From NCBI GenBank assembly GCA_043797125.1, contig JAZDPX010000038.1, forward strand, positions 68,071-132,070: 64,000 nucleotides of DNA. Reading direction: 5' to 3'. The position numbers and the translations under genes are program-made. Numbering within the stretch: position 1 is the stretch's first letter; every line of letters starts with the position of its first letter. The notes beneath the pieces were generated by a model, which worked only from the letters and a program-made list of their open reading frames with translations, did not search any database and was not told the DNA's origin. Below, in pieces: positions 8,712 to 16,451 of this stretch. Source of the stretch: Candidatus Omnitrophota bacterium. GTDB taxonomy: Bacteria > Omnitrophota > Gorgyraeia > JABMRG01 > JAFGKX01.

Positions 8712-10599
8712 CCTGCTTTATTCCCGCAATTGCCATTACCTCTTTCACATCCAAAACTTCTTTTTCTATAAGCGCCTCGGCAATTTTAATAAGCGTTTCC
8801 TTATTTTTAATCAACGTATCCTTTGCGCGCCTGTAGCATTCGTCGACGATACTCTTAACCTCTTTATCTATTTCCTGCGCGGTCTGTTCGCTGTAATTTC
8901 TCTCTTCAGCAATGTCTCTACCTAAAAATATCTGATGGTGCACTCTTCCAAAAGTAAGGTGGCCTAATTCCTTGCTCATTCCAAACTCGCAAACCATTCT
9001 TCTTGCCAGATCAGTAACTACCGCAAGGTCATTATGCGCGCCTGTAGTAACATCGCTGAATACAAGCTCCTCGCTTGCGCGGCCACCCAGGGCTATGGTA
9101 ATCGCGCTCAAAAGTTCGCTTTGCGCGCGCAGGTATTTATCCTGCAAAGGTTTCTGCAAAGTATAGCCTAATGCTGTTGCGCCCCTTGGTATGATAGAAA
9201 CCTTGTGAAGTTTTTCTGTTCCGGGAAAAAGAAGCGCTAAAAGCGCGTGCCCTGACTCATGATACGCGATAACCTTTTTCTCGTCTTTATCAATGACGCG
9301 GCTTTTTCGCTCAGGACCAGCCATTACCCTTTCAATGGACTCTTCTAATTCCTTGACTGTGACTTCTTTTTTTGAGCGCCTTGCGCCAAGAAGAGCTGCC
9401 TCGTTTACCAAATTTGATAAATCAGCGCCTGAAAAACCCGAAGTCTGCTGTGCTATTGAAGCCAAATCTACGTCTTTAGCAAGCTTGATTTCCCTGGCGT
9501 GCACTTTTAAAATAGCTTCTCTTCCCTTTATATCAGGACGGTCAACCACTACCTGCCTGTCAAATCTCCCAGGGCGAAGAAGCGCGCTGTCAAGCACATC
9601 CGGCCTGTTGGTGGCAGCTATGAGTATAACGCCCACCTCCGTGCTAAAGCCATCCATCTCCGACAATAACGCGTTAAGGGTCTGCTCTCTTTCATCGTGG
9701 CCGCCGCCTATGCCCGCAAATCTTTGCCTGCCTACAGCGTCTATTTCATCTATAAATATAATCGCGCCTTTACCGCTTGATTTCGCTGATTTTTTCGCCT
9801 GTTCAAAAAGATCGCGCACCCTTGCAGCTCCGACGCCTACAAACATTTCAACAAAATCAGAGCCGCTTAAACTAAAAAACGGCACAACTGCCTCTCCGGC
9901 AACTGCCTTTGCAAGCAGGGTTTTTCCGCAGCCCGGCGGGCCCATTAACAAAACGCCCTTTGGAATTTTGCCGCCTAAGCTCTGAAATCTTTTAGGATCT
10001 TTTAAGAATTCTATAACTTCCTGAAGCTCTTCCTTTGCCTCATCAACTCCTGCTACATCGCTGAATGTCACCTTCATCTTGTTACCGAGTATAAGCCTTG
10101 CCCTGCTTTTACCAAAGGACCATATCCTGCCTCCCGGGCCTCCACCTCCCTGCGAACCCCTGAATAAGAAAAACCACAGAAGCCCGAAGAAAAATAATGT
10201 CGGAAAAATAGAAATAAACATATTTGACCAGAAGGTGCGCGGCGGCTGAACGCTGAAATCCTTGATGTTTTCACGCATAACTTTTATAATATCAGGATCA
10301 TTAACAGGAATATCCACTTCAAAGCGTTCTCCGCTTATATACGTGCCCAGGATTTTATTTTCAGAAATAACTGCTTTGCCTATCTTGGGATCTGTCGTAT
10401 TTGCCTCGACCTCGCCGTAGAATTGGCTGTAAGATAAAACCTTAGGAATACCCTCCGCTGTATTTGCCCAGTATCTAACAATGTACATAGACAAAAATAT
10501 AACCGCAATCCACAAAAGCACTCCGCTTGACGGGGCTGCTTTCGGCTTGAGCTTCTTGACTGGCTTCTGTTGTGTTTTTGGTATTTTATTGTTTGTCAT
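8701..10599 (-). CDS. ftsH: ATP-dependent zinc metalloprotease FtsH
   Basis: TM N-terminus, Walker [17 protein letters not shown] region, zinc site HESGHAL. Confidence 0.95.
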   Translation of the reverse strand: MTNNKIPKTQQKPVKKLKPKAAPSSGVLLWIAVIFLSMYIVRYWANTAEGIPKVLSYSQFYGEVEANTTDPKIGKAVISENKILGTYISGERFEVDIPVNDPDIIKVMRENIKDFSVQPPRTFWSNMFISIFPTLFFFGLLWFFLFRGSQGGGGPGGRIWSFGKSRARLILGNKMKVTFSDVAGVDEAKEELQEVIEFLKDPKRFQSLGGKIPKGVLLMGPPGCGKTLLAKAVAGEAVVPFFSLSGSDFVEMFVGVGAARVRDLFEQAKKSAKSSGKGAIIFIDEIDAVGRQRFAGIGGGHDEREQTLNALLSEMDGFSTEVGVILIAATNRPDVLDSALLRPGRFDRQVVVDRPDIKGREAILKVHAREIKLAKDVDLASIAQQTSGFSGADLSNLVNEAALLGARRSKKEVTVKELEESIERVMAGPERKSRVIDKDEKKVIAYHESGHALLALLFPGTEKLHKVSIIPRGATALGYTLQKPLQDKYLRAQSELLSAITIALGGRASEELVFSDVTTGAHNDLAVVTDLARRMVCEFGMSKELGHLTFGRVHHQIFLGRDIAEERNYSEQTAQEIDKEVKSIVDECYRRAKDTLIKNKETLIKIAEALIEKEVLDVKEVMAIAGIKQDAQ

Positions 10600-10675
10600 C
10601 TTTCACCTCGAAATGCTGATTATAACACTTATTATAATAATTGCGCAAGAAAAAAATTAAGCAGTGTCAACAACA

Positions 10676-10701
10676 GTAGCGCAGGCTTAAGCCTGCGCTA
10701 C
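10676..10701. repeat. GTAGCGCAGGCTTAAGCCTGCGCTAC perfect palindrome (copy 2), downstream of tilS
   Basis: Identical 26-bp core to 4375-4400. Confidence 0.6.
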
Positions 10702-10711
10702 ATCGAAATTG

Positions 10712-12082
10712 TCATTCTTTTATAAGCTCCAGCCTGAGAAACCTCGTTGTTTTTGGCGTAATTTTAAAATCATCTGACATGCGCACGCCGCATACCCAGA
10801 TTATTCTGCCTTTAGAATCAACCACCAAAGGAATTTTGTCGCGCCCGGCTTTGCTGATTTTATCGTCAATAAAGATATCCTGCAACCGCTTATATCTTTT
10901 CATGCCCAAGGGGCGTATTTTATCGTGCGGTTTCCTGCATCTTGTCGCAAGCGGAAATATTATTTTTCCGGCATCGAAATATTCAATCCTGCGAGAAGGG
11001 CTGAATTTTTTAGGCGGGCTTTCTAAAACAGTCGCCTTGAAAGATAAGGGCAAAAAAGGGGACTGTCCCCTTTTTTGGGGACTGTCCCCTTTTTTGTAAA
11101 ACCTGATCGTTCCCGCCTTCCTTCTTACGGCCGTATCGCCGGGCAGTTGTATTGTTGAAGCCGCCTTTTTATCAAAAATCAACCCTTTAATTTTTTCTAT
11201 ATGCCTGTAATCTATTTTAAGCAAGTCTCCTTTTATCTCTTCTATAGCCAGCCTGATTATACCGTTTTGAAATGAAGCCGGAAGCTGTTTAAATTCATTC
11301 AACTTAAAAGAAATCTCTCCCTGTCTGTTTGTAGAAATTATTTTTTTAAACGCCTGTGTGTGCTGCTTTGATAGATAATCATAATCCAAGGCTATTGTTT
11401 GCGCTGTCCTGGCTATTTGTTTTTTTAAATTAGGAAAATAATTTTTTTCTAAATATGGTATCAGTTTGTGCCTTATTTTATTGCGAAAATATATATCCTT
11501 CTTATTTGTGGAATCTATCCTTGGTTTTATCTTTTTTCTTTTTAAAAAAAGTTCAATATCTTTCCTTGGCACTTCTATTAAAGGGCGTATGACTTCAAGC
11601 TTTTCTGAAATTTTCCTTTTTGGCAGAATCGCCCTTAAGCCGCGCATACCTGAGCCCCTAAAAAGCCGCATCAACATAGTTTCGGCTTGGTCGTCGCAGT
11701 TATGCCCTAATGCAATTTTATTAGCATTAATTTGTTTGGCTGTTTCCTTAAAGAATTCATATCTTATTTGGCGCGCTGCCTGCTCAATTGAAAGCTTTTC
11801 TTTTCTGGCAAATCCTAAAACATCCCTTGAATCTGCAAAAAACGGAATCTCAAACCTGTTTGCCAGATTTCGCGCGTATTGGGCGTCCTTATCTGATTCA
11901 GCGCCCCTTAAAAGATGATTAAGATGGGCCGCGCATAAATTTATCCCAAATTCACTTTTCAGGCAGTTCAAGGCAACTAAAAGGCTCGTAGAATCAGGGC
12001 CTCCTGAAACAGCGACAAGCACCCTATCGCGCTTTTTAAGCATGCTGTATTTTTGAATAGTATCTTTGATTTTTTTAAGCAT
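10712..12082 (-). CDS. tilS: tRNA(Ile)-lysidine synthase
   Basis: PP-loop SGGPDSTSL, AAHLNHLLRG. C-terminal domain contains the tandem 19-nt duplication (11058-11095). Confidence 0.85.
   Translation of the reverse strand: MLKKIKDTIQKYSMLKKRDRVLVAVSGGPDSTSLLVALNCLKSEFGINLCAAHLNHLLRGAESDKDAQYARNLANRFEIPFFADSRDVLGFARKEKLSIEQAARQIRYEFFKETAKQINANKIALGHNCDDQAETMLMRLFRGSGMRGLRAILPKRKISEKLEVIRPLIEVPRKDIELFLKRKKIKPRIDSTNKKDIYFRNKIRHKLIPYLEKNYFPNLKKQIARTAQTIALDYDYLSKQHTQAFKKIISTNRQGEISFKLNEFKQLPASFQNGIIRLAIEEIKGDLLKIDYRHIEKIKGLIFDKKAASTIQLPGDTAVRRKAGTIRFYKKGDSPQKRGQSPFLPLSFKATVLESPPKKFSPSRRIEYFDAGKIIFPLATRCRKPHDKIRPLGMKRYKRLQDIFIDDKISKAGRDKIPLVVDSKGRIIWVCGVRMSDDFKITPKTTRFLRLELIKE
11058..11095 (+). repeat. 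tandem duplication of 19-nt terminator-like unit GGGGACTGTCCCCTTTTTT inside tilS (antisense strand)
   Basis: Two exact tandem copies. Each is a perfect GGGGAC/GTCCCC stem plus T6 on the plus strand. In-frame in tilS on the minus strand (KGDSPQKRGQSPF). Confidence 0.5.
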
Positions 12083-12102
12083 AATAAATCCGGCGGGCGT
12101 AG

Positions 12103-12585
12103 CTATCTGGCTATTAGTATAAAATACGTAAATGCTACGGTCAAAGTAGTAAAAAGGAGAAAAAAATACAAAAAAACTTTTGGTTTCTTGCGCAGCCTGT
12201 CAATATGTCTTTCTATCATCTGTTGTTGGGCATTGCCTATTTTTTCATATTCAACACCGAAAAAATAAGTATCTGAATCAGGTTCAGAAACCTTGCTCAA
12301 CCATTTAACCATGGCTATGGAATCGACAGGCACAGCGTCAGCAGGTATGCTGATTGCAAGCTTAAGCCTTGTTTTATTAGGAATAATCTCCAGAAAAATA
12401 TCTTCTTTCCTAATCTTGCTTTCAATTGCCATGCCGCCTTTAGCTACGTCTTGCGTGACACCGGTTAAAACAGCGCCTTGCGCGCGCCCGGTTTCATCAA
12501 CATGCTGAAACTTGACAAAAAATGCCTGGTGCTGTCTCTTGTGTCTACGCAGCTCCTGTTTTTGTGTTTGTACTAGTGTAGGCAT
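12103..12585 (-). CDS. PilZ-like c-di-GMP-binding domain protein with C-terminal TM segment (tentative)
   Basis: RRHKR (RxxxR) followed ~25 aa later by DVAKGG (D-x-S/A-x-G-G-like), spacing typical of PilZ. Hydrophobic C-terminus. Confidence 0.4.
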   Translation of the reverse strand: MPTLVQTQKQELRRHKRQHQAFFVKFQHVDETGRAQGAVLTGVTQDVAKGGMAIESKIRKEDIFLEIIPNKTRLKLAISIPADAVPVDSIAMVKWLSKVSEPDSDTYFFGVEYEKIGNAQQQMIERHIDRLRKKPKVFLYFFLLFTTLTVAFTYFILIAR

Positions 12586-12666
12586 TGGTAATTAACCTCT
12601 TAGCTATATAAATTATATATGATATATTAAAATAGTAAAGAGTATTTATTTTTGCGAATGGCTGTG

Positions 12667-12705
12667 CCATAAGTGCTCAAAACGCTAATGGTAGCGGCGA
12701 GTGGA
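12667..12705. repeat. 39-bp direct repeat, distal copy (tRNA-Met 3' end + 22 nt downstream flank)
   Basis: CCATAAGTGCTCAAAACGCTAATGGTAGCGGCGAGTGGA, identical to 12850-12888, which spans the 3' acceptor/T-stem of tRNA-Met. Confidence 0.6.
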
Positions 12706-12744
12706 ATTGCTGCCGAGACCTAATCCTTCTTTGGGCGAGGCAGT

Positions 12745-12772
12745 CCCGAGCCCCGATACTTCGGGCCGAGGG
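12745..12772. repeat. GC-rich hairpin repeat CCCGAGCCCCGATACTTCGGGCCGAGGG (second copy)
   Basis: 27/28 identical to 2994-3021. Lies inside the 183-bp DR-bounded segment next to tRNA-Met. Confidence 0.55.
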
Positions 12773-12849
12773 AAACCACTGATTGCTGAGTCCCTCGTCG
12801 CTTTCGCTCCTCGGGACATAAGTCGTTTTGGCACTTATGTCGCTTCGCT

Positions 12850-12888
12850 CCATAAGTGCTCAAAACGCTAATGGTAGCGGCGAGTGGA
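12850..12888. repeat. 39-bp direct repeat, proximal copy overlapping tRNA-Met 3' end
   Basis: See 12667-12705. 17 nt of the tRNA 3' end plus 22 nt flank are duplicated 183 bp away. Confidence 0.6.
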
Positions 12889-12949
12889 CTTGAACCACTG
12901 ACACCCCGGGTATGAGCCGAGTGCTCTAAACCAACTGAGCTACGCCGCC
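12872..12949 (-). tRNA. tRNA-Met (anticodon CAU; elongator-type, could alternatively be tRNA-Ile2)
   Basis: RC GGCGGCGTAGCTCAGTTGGTTTAGAGCACTCGGCTCATACCCGGGGTGTCAGTGGTTCAAGTCCACTCGCCGCTACCA. Anticodon loop CTCATAC. G1-C72 pair and no GGG/CCC anticodon stem, so not initiator. Confidence 0.8.
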
Positions 12950-13371
12950 TCGAAATTTTCTACAAATTTTTCTGCCTGTTTTATATATTCTTTGTAACCT
13001 CTAATCGCTAAGGCTACTGCCCTATATACCTTTTCGTCATCTATATCCATATATTCGTGGACTAATATATTTCTCATTCCAGCAGAGCCCTTAAGCTTAT
13101 CAGCCAGTTTTCTTGAAATTAAGCCTGCTTCTGCGGCTTTTATAAACGAGATACTATAATCTTCCGGGGGCCTGTTACCGGTTTCAACCACTACGTGATT
13201 ATTTACATCCGTAGCGCATTCAACAATTAACTGGATAAGCCGCTCCGTAGAAGATTTCAGATAAAAATCTTTTTTGTACTCTTTTAAGCTTTTTTTAGAA
13301 ATGGGTTTCAATTTCTCGAGATACATATTTAAGCGCGACAACTTTCTTCTTATAAGGTCTATGTCTATCAT
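12940..13371 (-). CDS. hepT: HEPN-domain toxin HepT (DUF86)
   Basis: 143 aa. Rx4HxY motif (MRNILVHEY) near C-terminus. Immediately downstream of the cognate nucleotidyltransferase. Last 3 codons overlap the tRNA-Met 5' end. Confidence 0.7.
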   Translation of the reverse strand: MIDIDLIRRKLSRLNMYLEKLKPISKKSLKEYKKDFYLKSSTERLIQLIVECATDVNNHVVVETGNRPPEDYSISFIKAAEAGLISRKLADKLKGSAGMRNILVHEYMDIDDEKVYRAVALAIRGYKEYIKQAEKFVENFEAA

Positions 13372-13374
13372 ATG

Positions 13375-13776
13375 CTATTCCTTCTTTTTTATCGCTAATT
13401 TAAGATATTTTTTCTCTAATAATCTAAATTTTTTCGTATCTATATATCTTGACATTGCGCCAATTTTAAATTTATTAAACAAGCCCTTTGTCTTTTCATA
13501 TAAAGGAACTCCGTTTATGGCAACGTGATATGTAATCATTGCCTCTGCGCCGTTTAAAAATACCGGGTCAAATTTGTCTCCAAAAACCGAGGAAAAATCA
13601 TTCATTATATCAAAATATTTTTTTTTGATGATGCCTGGCTCGCCTAAAAATCCTATATCAATATCGCTGTTGGAATTAGCGCAATCTCTGGCGTATGAGC
13701 CGTGCAAAATCCCCAAAGACAATTTGTATTTTTTGCAAAGTTTATTAAAATTTTTGTTATTGTAAGCGAGCATCAT
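13375..13776 (-). CDS. mntA: minimal nucleotidyltransferase antitoxin MntA
   Basis: GSYARDcansnSDIDIGF = GSxxRG...SDIDL MNT signature. 133 aa. Upstream of and coupled to hepT. Confidence 0.7.
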   Translation of the reverse strand: MMLAYNNKNFNKLCKKYKLSLGILHGSYARDCANSNSDIDIGFLGEPGIIKKKYFDIMNDFSSVFGDKFDPVFLNGAEAMITYHVAINGVPLYEKTKGLFNKFKIGAMSRYIDTKKFRLLEKKYLKLAIKKKE

Positions 13777-13867
13777 TTTTCATCAAAACCTTTCATTATT
13801 TTCGCCTTAATTATACCAATAGTCTTAATCTTATACAAGGATTTTGTTGTTTGTGGTAGTTTGTGGT

Positions 13868-13899
13868 AGCAAAAAGTAGGGGCGCCATTTATGGCGCCC
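13868..13899 (-). terminator. rho-independent terminator of the giant-protein operon
   Basis: Perfect GC stem GGGCGCCAT..ATGGCGCCC (13880-13899) followed on the minus strand by CTACTTTTTGC. Confidence 0.55.
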
Positions 13900-13952
13900 A
13901 AAAATAGCCGAGGGACACTTTACAAGTTTAGGTCTGAACCGTCCCCTATTTT

Positions 13953-16451
13953 TTACGCGCAAGCTCCTATGCTGTCTACGTATTTTATATCAGGAGCCTT
14001 AAGCGCTGCGTCATCAAAGTCCGTGACTATCGGATTGCCCGACTTTGGCTGATTGCCGTTTGCGTAAAATGGGCCAATCTGCTTTTTTTGCGCGAACGGG
14101 CTGTCTTCTAGTTTCACCTCTCTGCTTTTTTCTCCGGCGATGTTAAAAACAACCCTTTCATGAACAAAACTCTTTTCCATATAGAAAAATTTTCCATCTT
14201 CGCTGAATTCAAAGGACGTAACATTGCCAAAAATCCCCCTGAACATTTTTGGCAAGCCGGCATTTTTCATGTCAAGCAAAGTCACCTGCGGAATCATGTT
14301 CGTATAAGATTTAAAAGCTAAAAATCGCCTATCAGGGCTTATTTTATAATCGCTAATAAGATCGAATGTTTGCGCGACCTCGCCTGTTTCAAGATTACGA
14401 ACTATGAGCTGGTTATTCAAATTTATTATGCTCAAAAATTTGCTGTCAAATGTTGTGAAAAAACCGTTTGTGGCATCAATATTTTTTAATATATGCTTTT
14501 TGGGTCTTCTAGAGGCAAGATTATTTGCAAATAGCTGATTATGGTAATCCGTAGTTATTAAATAATTGGCACTGGTCAGCGCCCATTGATCGTGGGTTTT
14601 AAGCTCGGCTATATGCTTATTGCTGGGGTTTTCCAGGTCGTAAACATATAATAACGGAAACGGGCCCATTGACTTTACGGCAAATTGGGCGTCTTCGCTG
14701 AATACTAAATCATGGCAAAAATCATACTCTGTTTTAATTAACAGACCGTATTCCGAATCCAATATATACGCATAACTGTTCGCTAAAATGTTGTTTTTAG
14801 GCAGTATCGCGATGTGCCCCGCCTTGCTCGTTACTATTTTTCCGATATAGTCGCGGGTTATGCCGAGATATTCAAGCGCATAATCAGGGATATCTTCGAT
14901 GGTGATTTTCGGGATTTTGGCAGCTTTATCAGCTTTTTTGAATTCAACCCATCTTTTATTTATAAGGTCATATGCCCTTTTAACGCCTTTTTTATCTGTA
15001 AAATAGCATCTTTTGCTGGTAGGCCCGAATTCAAAACCGCCCGCTGCGTTTATTAAATCCTCTATAGGAGCGCTTGGATTTGAAACATCATATAAGGACG
15101 CTGTACCGTGGTTATCTCTTAAAGCGATATATTTGCAATCGGGGCTGAATTTTACCCCGCCAAAGGCATTTTTATTTTTTAACACAATCTCATCATTTGG
15201 GTTAAAGATAGATGTCAATCCGAAAAAAGTGGTTACAATGCTAAATTTGTTAGGGCCTTTCTCATAATAGCTTATGTCGGACGCATTTATGCCAAGTTTT
15301 TGCGCAAAGCATATCTTTGCCGTTATATTATCGTCTGGAACAAGAATTTCTTTCTCCGGCACAAGAAGAAAAGTCTTTTCGACGCCGTCCACGCCCGTAA
15401 CATATATCTCGGCTGAGTTATCGCTGAATTTAAAACCGCCTTGTGCGTCCTGGTTTTTAATTATACGCTTGCCTGTTTCAAGATTACATATCGTAATTTC
15501 AGAGTGCCTGTTCATTAAGAGAATAAATTTATTATCAGGGCTGTATTCAATATGCCAGGCAATGCCCTTGGTGTTGTCTTTTATTATTACCTCTCCTGTT
15601 TGCGCATCGATAACCTTAAGCCTGAAAAATCTGTCTTTTTTAACAATATATTTTAAATCAGGGCTAAGGCTGAAATGGCTGGCATCACCCCATTCCGCCT
15701 TTCTTGCAAGTGCTACGGTGCTGCCATTTAATGTTAACAAATACAAAAATTGTTTATCAGTCATCGCGTCTTTGGCAATAACAGCAGCGTTGTCCTTGTT
15801 AATAGTAATCTTGATATCCTTATCTTTGTCTATATCAAAATACTTAAGCGCAAGCAGCCTGATATTTCCTTCGTTGATTTTGTAATTATGAACATTAGTT
15901 TTTAGTTTTACAAATTCCAACCTATCGCCTGCAACAAGCCTTAGAGTCAGCTCTTTACCGTCTAGATCCGTAGCTTGAATTGTTTTATCGGAATTAAACT
16001 TAAAACCGTTCGCAGCATCGATGCCGCTTTTTAAGAGTTTTACATCCTCTTTACTATAAAAAATGGCCATGGTATCCCATGGAGGTGAGGTTACTTCTCT
16101 TTCAGCCAATTTCCATAAAGCCGCATTCCAATAAAAATCTATAATTGCCGCATAATTTCCGTCCGGGCTTAACTCAATTGCGCGGCAAGGATTCCCATCC
16201 TCGCTTTTTACAATAACGTTACCATGTGAATTTAATATTGTTCCTATGCCGAATTCATCTATTACAGCCTTGTAGCCCAAAGAGTTTATTTTTATGCCAT
16301 CAATCACCTCATTATCCTTGGTTACAGCAAGGCTTTGCGCTCTTAAGGCAGATTCGCTGACGTTTTGCTGGGGCAGACCGTAAGAAACATTTGTCGCTAA
16401 AAAGAAAAATATAATAAAAATCGTTATTATTTTTCTCATGTTTACGCCCAT
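13953..16451 (-). CDS. secreted PD40/TolB-like beta-propeller repeat protein (832 aa)
   Basis: Signal peptide. Repeated (F/Y/L)SPD(G/C/N/R)(K/N)(Y/F)(I/L) blades (SPDGNYAAI, YSPDNKFILL, FSPDCKYIAL, ISPDRRFLAF). Post-signal SALRAQSL. C-terminal FYANGNQPKSGNP motif. Confidence 0.7.
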   Translation of the reverse strand: MGVNMRKIITIFIIFFFLATNVSYGLPQQNVSESALRAQSLAVTKDNEVIDGIKINSLGYKAVIDEFGIGTILNSHGNVIVKSEDGNPCRAIELSPDGNYAAIIDFYWNAALWKLAEREVTSPPWDTMAIFYSKEDVKLLKSGIDAANGFKFNSDKTIQATDLDGKELTLRLVAGDRLEFVKLKTNVHNYKINEGNIRLLALKYFDIDKDKDIKITINKDNAAVIAKDAMTDKQFLYLLTLNGSTVALARKAEWGDASHFSLSPDLKYIVKKDRFFRLKVIDAQTGEVIIKDNTKGIAWHIEYSPDNKFILLMNRHSEITICNLETGKRIIKNQDAQGGFKFSDNSAEIYVTGVDGVEKTFLLVPEKEILVPDDNITAKICFAQKLGINASDISYYEKGPNKFSIVTTFFGLTSIFNPNDEIVLKNKNAFGGVKFSPDCKYIALRDNHGTASLYDVSNPSAPIEDLINAAGGFEFGPTSKRCYFTDKKGVKRAYDLINKRWVEFKKADKAAKIPKITIEDIPDYALEYLGITRDYIGKIVTSKAGHIAILPKNNILANSYAYILDSEYGLLIKTEYDFCHDLVFSEDAQFAVKSMGPFPLLYVYDLENPSNKHIAELKTHDQWALTSANYLITTDYHNQLFANNLASRRPKKHILKNIDATNGFFTTFDSKFLSIINLNNQLIVRNLETGEVAQTFDLISDYKISPDRRFLAFKSYTNMIPQVTLLDMKNAGLPKMFRGIFGNVTSFEFSEDGKFFYMEKSFVHERVVFNIAGEKSREVKLEDSPFAQKKQIGPFYANGNQPKSGNPIVTDFDDAALKAPDIKYVDSIGACA

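Noticed and set aside
9293-9985. 230-aa plus-strand ORF
   Set aside because: Antisense to ftsH. No motifs.
12872-12949. Initiator tRNA-fMet assignment for the CAU tRNA
   Set aside because: Has a G1-C72 pair and lacks the three consecutive G-C pairs in the anticodon stem. Elongator Met (or Ile2) is more consistent.
12667-13776. Intact integrative island at tRNA-Met
   Set aside because: No integrase/recombinase gene in the window and only 183 bp between the att-like repeats. At most a remnant. The TA pair lies on the tRNA's 5' side, outside the repeat-bounded segment.
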